Below, in pieces: positions 49,601 through 60,400 of a stretch of 64,000 nt of DNA. The stretch spans positions 2,232,001 to 2,296,000 of the forward strand of contig JBHGNT010000009.1 of NCBI GenBank assembly GCA_043228905.1, read 5' to 3'. The stretch is from Azolla caroliniana. Taxonomy: Eukaryota > Plantae > Polypodiophyta. Position 1 is the stretch's first letter. Every line of letters begins with the position of its first letter. Made by a program: the position numbers and the translations under genes. The notes beneath the pieces were generated by a model. The model had not been told where the DNA came from. It did no database searches and saw nothing but the letters and a program-made list of their open reading frames with translations.

Positions 49601-52424
49601 AAACATGACTAAGTCACAAACTAACTTCAGAGGCCATGATTGAAAAGAGAAGTTCCAACAGAAGAGTAGTCACCAAAGATCTTCTTAGGTACAAAGAAGT
49701 GACATCATGTACTTGTGACAAGTCATGAACAAACGAAGCAAACCAAGGCACAAACAAACCAATCCTTGGTAACAGAGTTCAGAAAACTGTACCAACTTTC
49801 CTCTCTAACAATAGGTATAGAACGAAATTTTAAACCATCATATTGAACGAAGCAACTAGGATGACAAGGGTGTGAAATTCAGCAGTACAATTGAAGCACC
49901 ACATTGATACAAATTGGTTTCGACTCATCACAAGGTTCCTGTTTGGGTATAAATGTGGAAACCAGGCATGTAGTGATGAAAGAATTCAATCATGCCACCA
50001 TGCAGTTTCAATTCTCAGAAGCAGATATTCAGAAGATACTCCATTTCTTGTCTAGAACTCATTCTTAATATCAAAACCCCTGTCTTGGCAAAGTTTTGGG
50101 GTGATGATGTATGGCAAACTGATAGTGGTACCTGAAGCATTGTATGATATATATTCAGTGTTGAACGTCTCAGATAATGTACAAAGGATCAACTAATGGT
50201 TCATCATTCATGCAAACCCTCTTTGAGGCTTGAAACTCCTCAATTAATGTACGTGTGGATTTCATAAGTGTATTCCTTAATCACTTACAGTGTTTAAGTT
50301 AATTAAGCAAGTGCTTCAGTTAATTATTGCATCATTGATTATGCAAGAGAGATTATATAGTTAAGTGAAGTTTGTCTGAAGTGTTAATGCAGTCGTGGTT
50401 AGTATATAGAAGCACTTTTGACAAGTGCTTCTAGCCACATCACTCCTGCACCACAACCTTGGTCTGATGGTATAATTTTGAACAAGACTACAAAGTGCAC
50501 TCGGTGTGCCACATCTTGAGCTGACATAAGCACTAATAGATCAAATCTAAAGTATGATTCATCATCTTCATTGTAGTTATCTTCGTATTATCAAAATAGA
50601 ACAAACATCTCGACTCTATCAAAACTTGATTTTATTTAATAGTTTCATAGCTGAGAGGAATCAGGATAAATTGTCCCCTTTATAATGAGCTCATGCTTAC
50701 AAGAGGTGGCATACCAAAATGAAAGGTTCAACAAAAGAAACACATAAATTCTGGATATTAGAATTTCGTAGGAGTCCCAAATCCCTGTTGGAAGTTTGAG
50801 ATAGGGAAAAATTCTAAAATCTAAAACCAGGTTAACTCGAGATACAATGGCTGCCTCTATATTTATCTGACAGAATATTGTGCAATAATGATAAAAGCTT
50901 GAGGCTTCTAGAGAAAGGAGGCATGTCTGTTTTCTTTAATGGCCATAGGGAATATGATTACAATCTGCTCAAATTTTTGAAACTTCCCAGTTGGAAATAT
51001 TTAAGTAATTAACAGAATCAATACATTAAATCCAGCAAATTTCTAACTCTTCCTCATAATTTCCTAACATTTCAAGCATGAGAAGTAAATTTCAGCCAAT
51101 TAGTGAGAAACTTTTTCCAAGGATCCCAATTTTGTAAACTAATCGGATGAAAAAAATAGCTAGCATATACAAATGCTTCCAGTCAAGTACCTCTTCAAAT
51201 TCAATGCCATATGTGATCTTAAGCTTTGATGACGGAAATGCCGCAACAAAGGAATCTCCTTTTGTTACAGAGAGAGGATGTTTTAAGACAAACAGCTCCT
51301 TCCTAACAAGACGCCCTTGTTTGTCCTTTGCAAAACAGATTCCAACCTCATGGATTGCCTCCACCCACATCTTTGCAGATCCATCCAATATAGGAATCTG
51401 TAAATGACCTAAACAAAAGATATCAGAAAAACCTCATTTCATTCTGTGAATATAGCATTCTTACTATTTCATTGAAAGGTAAGAGTTTAGAAAATTTATA
51501 ATTTTACGGAAAGATAATAAACCTTCTTTTAAATTTTCTGAGTTTATATATTAACAAATAAATTGTTAGTCTAAATCATCTCAGATTTGGTGGCTATTTT
51601 ATGGCCAATTTCAGAATTTTAAGGTGATTTTCAAACATTTGAACCTTAAATATATCTGATTTTAAAGTACAAGCATCTTAAACTCAAACTGTTAGATAAT
51701 TTTGCGATTGTTGAAGTCGTTTTTCTTCTAAAACAGCTCGAGATTCAAAGAAGATTTCCGATAACACAAATTACACTAAAAAACATGGATTTTTCCAACA
51801 TTACCTCATTTCCTCCTTTAAGTTCCATTCTGCAGTTGTCAACGCCAAGGCCTTCCAAAGCAGAAATAACATGCTCCACAGTTCGAATCTTAACTTTCCC
51901 TGAGCTTAACGTAGTACACAAAGTTGTATCCTCAACATTGCATATGGAAGCAGGAAGCGTTTTCTCTTCCCTTTCATCAACTTCTTCATTGTTTTCTTCT
52001 GGATTTCTCCTCGCATAATCAGAAACATGCACAAAGTAGCGGCCTTCACCAGCAGCAGCTGGAATGAGCTTCAGAGAAGATCTGATTCCTGTGACAAATG
52101 GTTCTTGAAATCGTCATTGAGAATGAGACCACGAAAAGGACAAAGATACCAACCTCTAACAATAACAAAACAACCTAGAAGAAACAAAAACAGCTTGGAG
52201 CAAGATCAAGGCCGACTGAGAACGAGAATAAAACCAACAAGCATACCTGTATGAAGGCCAAGACCTGACCTCGAAATAGTGCTTGAAAGCGTGGTTTGAA
52301 ATATGCGTGTAGGAGAAGCTGAGGAAGAAGTGCAGCTTCTTCTGCAGATCTTCTGCTTCGATTCAAAGGATGCAAGGACTCTTCTGGATCTCCACCTGAT
52401 GAGAAGCGAGGTGAAGTACGGCAT
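34626..52424 (-). CDS. lpxC: UDP-3-O-acyl-N-acetylglucosamine deacetylase LpxC, 351 aa, with N-terminal R/S-rich (mitochondrial transit-like) extension. Exons 52424-52247, 52088-51805, 51397-51191, 47178-47077, 35668-35604, 34971-34827, 34700-34626
   Basis: All six introns are GT..AG and phase-compatible, giving 1056 nt. Motifs QTTL...SGLGLHTG, IRTVEH (Zn ligand), EIPILDGSA, IAPARTFG, GLIKGGSMDNA, LRFSDEPCRHKLLDLIGD (HKxxD Zn ligands) and KGSH (catalytic His). The start ATG is the most plausible choice, not a proven one. Confidence 0.93.
36720..36995 (-). pseudogene. LINE reverse transcriptase fragment in lpxC intron 4
   Basis: MKQGC...PTL...HILLYSDDII. Confidence 0.7.
37043..46573 (-). mobile_element. 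Old, decayed Ty1/Copia (outer element) in lpxC intron 4; LTRs ~37043-37430 and 46179-~46573
   Basis: tRNA-iMet PBS (gctctgatacca at 46167-46178) and PPT (cctcctctcaact at 37431-37443). Gag DGNNYLDWE, protease WLVDIGAIAHMT, integrase PQQNGVVER and RT LLYVDD. The LTRs are clearly diverged. Confidence 0.88.
38377..42690 (+). mobile_element. Younger Ty1/Copia (inner element), 4314 bp; LTRs 38377-38593 and 42472-42690; gag N-terminus deleted
   Basis: Perfect TSD GATAT, TG..CA LTRs about 96% identical, degenerate Met PBS (aagtatcagagc) and PPT aggtgggagg. Motifs CHHCGKKGH..C, WILDSGAS, LVHSD...RSDNGGE, MDVKTAFLHG, LYVDD and ADLLTK. Several frameshifts and stops. Confidence 0.96.
48570..48700 (+). 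pseudogene. Gypsy RNase H fragment in lpxC intron 3
   Basis: QNYSTIEKKVLAMIYGVKKFRY*L. Confidence 0.6.
48780..48910 (-). mobile_element. Short 3'-end fragment of the same LINE family as 28648-31625
   Basis: atattgacgtcttttaagaggccaaaatggcctataagac resembles atattaacgtcttctaaggccaaatttggcccatgagac. Both are preceded by a GAA-rich tail. Confidence 0.6.
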
Positions 52425-54947
52425 GGGAAGGAATCGAATTTGTTTCGATCTTGCGGTGAAGATGAATGAAACACTACTCAGCAGAAAATTCCACTCTTAA
52501 AGATATTTTTTCTTCTTGTGCGTCGCGAAAGCCCTCGCCTAAAGAAGGCGGGAGAATCGGCGTCTGTGTAATTATGAGGAGCCTTTATAATGACCATAAC
52601 ATCGAACCCGTTGGTTGCCGAAAGATTCAGAATTCGAACCCATGACCTTTGAGAGATTTGCTTTATCCCGTGGGAGACCTTTTTTTTGGTAATGCCCTGT
52701 CACAATTCAAAAGAGACTCTCATGTTTCAAAAGCGATGGTGGACTGATTGTGCAGTCCTGAAAGCATAGAAGCTTCGCGTCCATCTATGTATGCAAGAAT
52801 CAAACTTACGTCTCATCAAATATGATCATATGACGAAATTTAGCGGCTAGTTTTGAAGAATGTGAAGTTTATATCATTTTTTAAACTTTTTGCCTTGCCC
52901 GTTTAGAGGTACATATGTTGGCAATTGTCATTTAAAGGATCATTGTCATCTACATCGATATGCACTACCTTTAAAGAACTCGAATTTTAAGTGAAACATT
53001 TTGTTGATGTCAATAGATAATAAGCTATGTGCAATACGGAATCAATTGTCGAATACTTGCACGTGAATTTTGGTCATAGTATGCACTCCCAATCGTGACA
53101 TTCATCACTAAATTTCTAGAAACTCAAGAGTCTCTACTCTATTTCACATGTATCATGTAAGAACGTTATATATATTTTTATTCAGGTCATGTTTGACTTC
53201 CTAAATTGATACTAAAAAACTATGCAATCTACTCCAAGGGAAGTTTGATTGTCACACTAACTCAAATGCCTGACTCATATGGGATTAATGCTTGTTTGCC
53301 AGCTTTCATGATTGTCTAGAAGCACCAAGCTCTCTGAACCACAATGTGGTCTCATATTCATTCGTGAAATTAAAGGTTGTCATTTGAGGACGGGAATGGT
53401 AAAACATTAACTTCTTTCAAACCTAAGCAGTGACCAAGTGCAATAGTAGGTTCAAAGAGTTAAGAAAACAAAATTGCTTAACATACAACATGGGGTTACT
53501 ACCTTCATTTGCTCATCTAATAATACTTAGACTTGAACTAATTTTTGGTGTTTAAGAGCCATTCCCTACAAATATTTGAGGGCGGGGGTTAATGCATTAG
53601 TAATATTTGCCAAATTAATATAACAATGTGTTTGCATTCATGCATTAGAAATTTGTACCACATAAGATTATTTATGTTATCGTGTTGCATTAAGGCTTAC
53701 AACAATTAAGAGTGATCAAGATCTATTTATTTCTAAATTCAACATCGTGAGTGTAAGCATGTGATTAGTGATTTGTATCAAAATCTTCATATTCTTGCTA
53801 GGATATAAAGAAGACAGGTTAAAAATAGTAATTGATTCATATCTCAGGTTTTTTGTGCATGTGTATGGGCAAAATACTGGACCTTGGGACCTGATATTTG
53901 GGAAAGAGCACTATTTATTCCAATGGGCACATGGACGTAGCAAAAGTCTATTCAACTAACTACGCATAAGTCCCATGTGATTCCAAGATTTAGAGTTTCT
54001 TCCTTATTTTCGTTGTTGTTTCTAGTGTTAAAGGGAGAGAGGAAAAGAGAGATGGACAAAAGAGTAGTTTGGGGTTTAAAAGAGGGGCATTCTTGTGAGA
54101 GTACTATTGTGGTGTACACTATAAACCATATCCATGGTTTGTGTGTAGTATGAATTGTAGCTTAAGATATGATTTTTTAAGGAAATTGCGTGATACTCTA
54201 TGATTTTGATGTAATGCATGAATTATTTTTATGTTTCCTTATGTTAGTTAGCATTATTATGTGGATTATATTTTGTCCATATCCACACCATGTTGTTGTA
54301 CCATAGGGTGTAAAGGGGAAAGCAATTGGTTTGGGTCCAGGTGATTATTCCACAAAAATATGCAGTGTTATCAAATGTAAAGCAAGCATGTGTAATCGTG
54401 AATAGATGAGTGAGACATTTAAAGCCACACAAGCAAATGAGTCGAGGAACGAACAAGAGTATGCTACATGTGGTTGTTTGGAGAAAAGTTATGGGAACTC
54501 ACATGTATATTGTGGTCATTTAGACGCACATACATACATATGAAAAGGCCAAAGCAAAAAGACCTTAGCATTCGTTATTAGGTGAGCATATATATATTTT
54601 TGTGATTTTGGCATTCTACTTAACTTCCTCACATTTGTGCTTCTCATAAATGAAGGAAGTTGGACAACAACATAAAAGAGCTTCTAGAGGATCATGCAAG
54701 TGTGTCCCTCTCTCGATTCGCATGTGACAAGATAAAATGGAACCAAATTCTCAACAACACAACACACATGCACGCATGCATACACGTGTGGGCGTAAGCG
54801 TGCATGCACACACTCACATAAAAAGATGCATGAACAAATAGAACAAGTGTGCACAAGGAGGAGGGTAGGTGTGTTAATGAGCTTTTATTCTAAATTCTGG
54901 TTGGTAATAGGAAAAAGGCCAAACAATCCATACGAGGAGGCCAAGTA

Positions 54948-55328
54948 CCTAGCAATTAGAAACGGTTTGGTTTGAACCCAACTGAAGTGTGAAACCACAC
55001 CTTAATGGTTCAAACAGATTGGCCATTTTGAGTTGACACTTTCATTATTTTTAAGCCTAAATTTGACATTTTAGGAAAAATCTTTAAAATATTGAAAAAA
55101 GAAAATTTGAATTTTAAGATTTTGATTTTGACCTAATTTGAAAAACCGTAAATGAACAGTAAGACTTAACAGGTTAACCATTTGGTTTAAGCTTAGATTT
55201 TTCGTAATGGTTTGTGTTTAAAACGGTTTCGATTAAAACAGTTTGGTGGTTCGGTTTAAGTTTCAATTTTTGTAAATGGTTTGAGTTTGACACTTGTGGA
55301 ACCGAGCCGAATCATTCTGGATTGTTAC
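54948..55328. mobile_element. Possible decayed MITE (hAT-type, AACCG/CGGTT-rich) upstream of the Gly-rich gene
   Basis: Clustered cggttt/aaaccg/ggttcggtt motifs around an AT-rich core. TIR and TSD not resolved. Confidence 0.35.
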
Positions 55329-55566
55329 AACTTACAAGTAACCACCAAATCAAAGTCGAGGTAGAGAGAGAGAGAGAAAGTCTAGAACGTGTGTAAACTA
55401 ACAAGATATGGTTGTGGTATGTTAAGAGTATTTATTACGTAGATGCATATAAAGAAAGAATGGAAAGGAAAGAGCTTGTCATCAATCAATCAATCCCGCC
55501 CCCTTTCTTCCTTCCTTTTTTTATTTTTGTAAGTAAATCCAACGTCTGAGGATTACCACCACCACC

Positions 55567-56418
55567 ATGATGCGGCTGTACCCCATCGCCGCCTGCTTGT
55601 TCCTCAGCTGCCTCTCAGCCTCATGCTTCCTCTTCCTCCTTCTCCTGGATATGGCCCCATTGGTGCAGGCTGCGACGGCTACTGCTACTGCTACTGCCAC
55701 GGTCCAGAAGGAGCAGGAGGAGACGAATGGCATCGTGCATCATGGACATGAGGTGGCGGCGCGCGTGGACCAATTCGGGGGCCCCGGGTTTCAAGTATGC
55801 CAATACGGGCGGTGCAGGGGGGCGCCGCTCATCTGCCCGGCCTTCTGCATCGGCGGAGGCGAGCCTTTTGTCGGTGGAGGAGGAGGAGGAGGAGGAGGAG
55901 GAGGTGATAACAGTGGTAGCGGCGGCGGAGGAGATAATAGCGGAAGCGGCGGCGATGGTAGTGGTGGAGGAGGGGGAGGGAATGCCGATGGCGGAGGCGG
56001 AGGTGGAGGTGGAGGTGGAGATAATAGCGGTGGCCAAGTTGGAGAAAAGCGTGGCAGAGACAAAGACAGGGACAAACACAGAGACAAAGAGAGGGAGAAG
56101 GGGAAGAAGGAGAAGGTCAGAGACAGAGACAGCGGAGGCGGCGGTGGCGGCGGCGGCGGAGGCGGTAGAGAAGGTGGGGGTGGGGGTGGGGGTGGAGGCG
56201 GGAGCCGTAACATCTGCATTGGGTTCTGTCCAGGACAAGGTAGTGGCGGGGCGGGCTCAGGAGGCGGAGGAAATAAGAGGTTGGGCGGCGCCGCCTCCAC
56301 CAGCGGAGGCGGAGAGGCGGCGGAGCAGAAGAAGGAGGGGCGGCACCTCCAAGGGCTTCTTGCGTGTCGCTTTGACTGCGACTACCGCTGCGCCGCCTAC
56401 TGCTCCCCCTCCTCCTAA
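55567..56418 (+). CDS. Secreted glycine-rich, cysteine-rich protein (283 aa, single exon)
   Basis: Intact GC-rich ORF in AT-rich flanks, with a hydrophobic N-terminal signal sequence and a TATA-like catataaag ~115 nt upstream. Cys motifs CQYGRCRGAPLICPAFC and CRFDCDYRCAAYC flank poly-Gly and K/D/R/E blocks. Confidence 0.85.
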   Translation: MMRLYPIAACLFLSCLSASCFLFLLLLDMAPLVQAATATATATATVQKEQEETNGIVHHGHEVAARVDQFGGPGFQVCQYGRCRGAPLICPAFCIGGGEPFVGGGGGGGGGGGDNSGSGGGGDNSGSGGDGSGGGGGGNADGGGGGGGGGGDNSGGQVGEKRGRDKDRDKHRDKEREKGKKEKVRDRDSGGGGGGGGGGGREGGGGGGGGGGSRNICIGFCPGQGSGGAGSGGGGNKRLGGAASTSGGGEAAEQKKEGRHLQGLLACRFDCDYRCAAYCSPSS

Positions 56419-56687
56419 ACTACATACATTATTATAATTTCTACCAAACACTTTTTTTTAAAAAAAGTTTTAACACACTCTCCACTAATGTTGGTTTTAC
56501 AATTGGTCTACAGTATTAAAATCTAACTACATACTAAACCTAAACTTTAAACCCACCTTAGTCTCCCTCTCTCTTTCCAATCCCCCAACTCATTTTTAAA
56601 CATTCTACTTCTGTTTTCTGTTCTTGTATATTACATACTTATACGGTCCATCGGTCAATTCGTCAATTGTGATTTTGTTGTGTCCTT

Positions 56688-56711
56688 CCCCCCCCCCCCC
56701 CCCCCCCCCCC
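56688..56711. repeat. Poly-C run (~24 nt)
   Basis: Direct reading. Confidence 0.9.
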
Positions 56712-57442
56712 ATCCGGTTTGATCAAATCAACCTTGCGGTAAAGTGTAGAGCCATATATTTCAAAATTAAATAGCACATAGATGGGTCACAACTCAATTA
56801 TGAGATTAATAAGAAACTCATGGAAGCGAAAAACAAGCAAAGATAAGGTATCATAATCGTGATTAATTGTATCATCGTCATCATCTTTATAAATCTCAAA
56901 TTATGTCACATTGGTTTTTGAAAGTCATCACTAAACAACATTGTCATTATCTATTTCTGGACATAAGTACATAATGTGACTTTGGGAAACCTAAGAGAGT
57001 TTGAATGCATGACATCGTGTGTATGGCCCATTTACCTAGATGGATGGCTCTAGGTTATCCATGAAAAAATCTCTCACGCCAACTTTGACTTTAGAATGTA
57101 TAATTTCAATGTATGATTTTTTTCTTTGTATTGTAATTAGCTTACGCTCGCGTAAGTAGTTGGATTTAATCTTACTCATTTGGTTCAAGGCTTGGATTCT
57201 ATGCTTCCTTATATATACCATACATATTTACATTTTTTCTCCGTAAGTTACTGAATGCCATAGTGGAATCTAGGGTTCGAATGCATGCCAACTTTGAAGG
57301 GGTCAATGTTTCTTTTTCAACGTTCATGATCATCTACTAACACCACTCTTTGAACCACAATATGGATGCACATTTATTAGTGAAATTCATGTTTACCCCT
57401 TGAGGATGTGAATGGCTTAGTATTGACTCCTTCCATACCTGA

Positions 57443-60400
57443 TGTCATGACCCAAGCTTTGAAGAAGATGTCAACATCCAAGAAAAGAAGATAATAACAA
57501 GACAAGATGCCAAGAATTTGTATTACCGTAAATCAATATTACAAGGTGGCTGAAGACTGGTCTTGAACCAGAATGGTTCAACACTAAGCAGATCTTTGAC
57601 TTATATACTGTACATCGGACTGTGCCTGATCGCCATTTGGCGGCATACCTATGTGCACGCCATTTGGCGGTCGTTTATTGTGCCTAGTGCTCCATAATTT
57701 TTGAATAATAATAATATGAAAATGGATTTATTAATTAAAATAAGTTGGTGTGATGGTTAGAGTGTAAGACCCCTGTTTAAAGGTTACAAGTTCAAATCTT
57801 GATATTGACATTTTGTGACATCATCCCCTCCTTTGACGACGACTTCCATGAGTCGCAATGCATGAACTAGGTTTTGGTTTACGAGGATAACGAAGATGAA
57901 ACTCTTGTATAGTTCAGAGGCATTAATGACGTTCGTTGCAGGTTCCCATGTTTGATCCCCAGGTGTGTATCCAAGCCAATCTACCAGATAATATAACTTA
58001 TTGCGGACGATCTTGGAGTCCAAAATAGCTTCTACTTCATATTCGGGTCCTTCAACAAGTTGAACCAGAGGTGGTGGTGGAATAACCCGATTTGGGATAG
58101 AACTTGATGTTCATGGATCTAAAAATGAAACATGAAATACTAGATGAAGACGCATATGTGAAGGCAGGTCCAGACGATATGCAACATCGTTGACTTGATG
58201 AGAGATTACAAATGGACCTAGATGTTGAAAGTCCAATTTGGCACATGGTCAAGTAGTTTTCACATTATGACGCAATAACCATACACGATCACCAACTTTA
58301 AACTTAGGGTCCTCAAGTATAGAATCTAAACGATGTTTATCCACCACCTTCTTGTACTTGGCTTGAGCATGAAGCAATTTATGAGAAAGGTTGGCTTGAA
58401 TTTCTTTGAGTTGTTCTAGATGATCCTTGACCGAGGGATTGTTTGAGACTTTTGGACATTCGAGCATCATCCATTAAGGATGATATCCTATGTTTGCAAA
58501 GAATGGAGTGAATCCCGTAGAAGAATGGATTGAATTATTGTAAGCAAATTCTGCCATATATAAGAAATCCATCTAATCATCTTGTTGATAGTTGATAAAG
58601 CAATGTAGATATTGTTCTAATGTTTGATTTGTGCGTTCCGTTTGACCATCAATTTGAGGATGGTATCTTGAAGATAGTTTACGAGAAATTCTAAGGATCT
58701 CGAGTAAGTGTGTGCAAAACTTTGTAATAAATTGTGGCCCACGATCACTAATGATTTCTGAATTTGGAAGGCCATGGTGCTTGAAAACTTCTCGCATAAC
58801 AAGACTTGTCATTTCCTGACTAGTAAAAGTCTTTCTCCATGGAAGAAAATGTGTGTCATTTTTGTAAAGCGATCCACCACTGTAAGAATAACATCATAGC
58901 CTTGGGAAGATGGGAGATCTGTGATGAAATCGATAGAAATGGATTTCGGCGCACCATTTGGAATGGGCAATGGGTGCAACAAACCATATGGCCGATGTCA
59001 AGGCATCTTTGATCGACAATATACATCACAAGTAGAAACATAGTCTATGACAACCTGATGAACTTGAGGCCACCAATAGTTTCGGGTAACTAGCTCCAAT
59101 GTTTTCAAAACTTTGAAATGTCCAGCTAATGGTGAATCATGGCAATGATGCAAGATTTCAAGTCAAGAAGGTCCATTGGGAATATAAGTACGGTTGTTCC
59201 GAAAAAACAACCCATCATGCCAACTAAAGTTCCCATAATCCATGGGAGAAAACTTGGAGCGTGAACAAGAAGCACGATCTGGAACAATGTGGTCTAAAAT
59301 ATCTCGTGCAAAATCATCTAAACCAATGCTCGAGCGAATAGAATCAAGAAATTTTGAATCCAAAGTTGTCTCAACAATATTTGTCACCATTAATCGTAGA
59401 CGACTAGGGCTCATAAGGACTTGTTCTTGATGGTCATAAGTTGGGTCCCCTAGTTTTGGTGCAAAGTAAGAGCGTCTTGATAAGGCATCAACTTTACCTT
59501 GTTGTATTCCTGGTTGATATGTGATCACAAAGTTGAACCATGTTAGAAATTGTGCCCACCGAGCTTGTCTTCGATTTAGGACTCGAGCATTTTTGAAAGT
59601 ATGTGAGGTTTTTACGATCGTTGTAAACAACAATTTGGTGGGGAGAACCTTCCAAGAAGTGACGCCATTGTTTGAAAGAATCAACAATTGCCAACAATTC
59701 CTTGTCATGGATTTCATAATTGATTTCTACAAGTTCAAATGTTCTTGAATGAAATGCAACTGTATGCAAGTTCTCATCATGCGCTCTTTGCGATAGAACA
59801 CTTCCTAGTGCAAAATCAGATGCATCTGCTTCTATGACAAACGGCTTTTCAAGGTCAACGTCGACCAAAATGGGAGCAGATATAAATGCTTTCTTCAAGC
59901 TATCAAATGCATCGGTTGCGCTTGACGTCCATACAAATGGTCGGTTCTTCTATGTTAGATATGTGAGGGGCAAAACAACTTTTGAGTAACTCTTGATGAA
60001 CTTGCGGTAGAAATTTGCAAATCCTAAGAAACATTGCAGATCGCGAACTGAGCCTGGTGTTTTCCAATCTAGAACTGTTCGTACTTTCTTTGGATCCATA
60101 GAAATACCTTCCAAAGAGACCATATACCCTAGAAATTCACTTGATTGCGGTCAAAGAAACACTTCTCTAGTTTGGCATAAAGATCAAATTTCCGTAATCA
60201 TTGTAAAACTTGTCGAAAGTGGTTATCGTGCTCCTCTTGTGTCTTTGAGTAGATTAGTATGTTATCCAAGTAAATTATTGTGAAGATATCAAGGAAATCT
60301 CGAAAGATATCATTTGCCATATGTTGGAAAACAACTGGAGCATTTGTAAGATCGAATGACATTATTGTGTACTCGAAGTGACCATATCGCGTGTGAAAAG

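Noticed and set aside
34626-52424. lpxC as bacterial contamination or recent horizontal transfer
   Set aside because: It has six spliceosomal introns, a transit-like leader and plant TEs in its introns, and plant lpxC orthologs are known.
55621-56437. Pro-rich (extensin-like) antisense ORF and Glu/Ala-rich alternative frames
   Set aside because: Shadows of the GGN/GGA repeats. Only the 55567 frame has a signal peptide and ordered Cys motifs.
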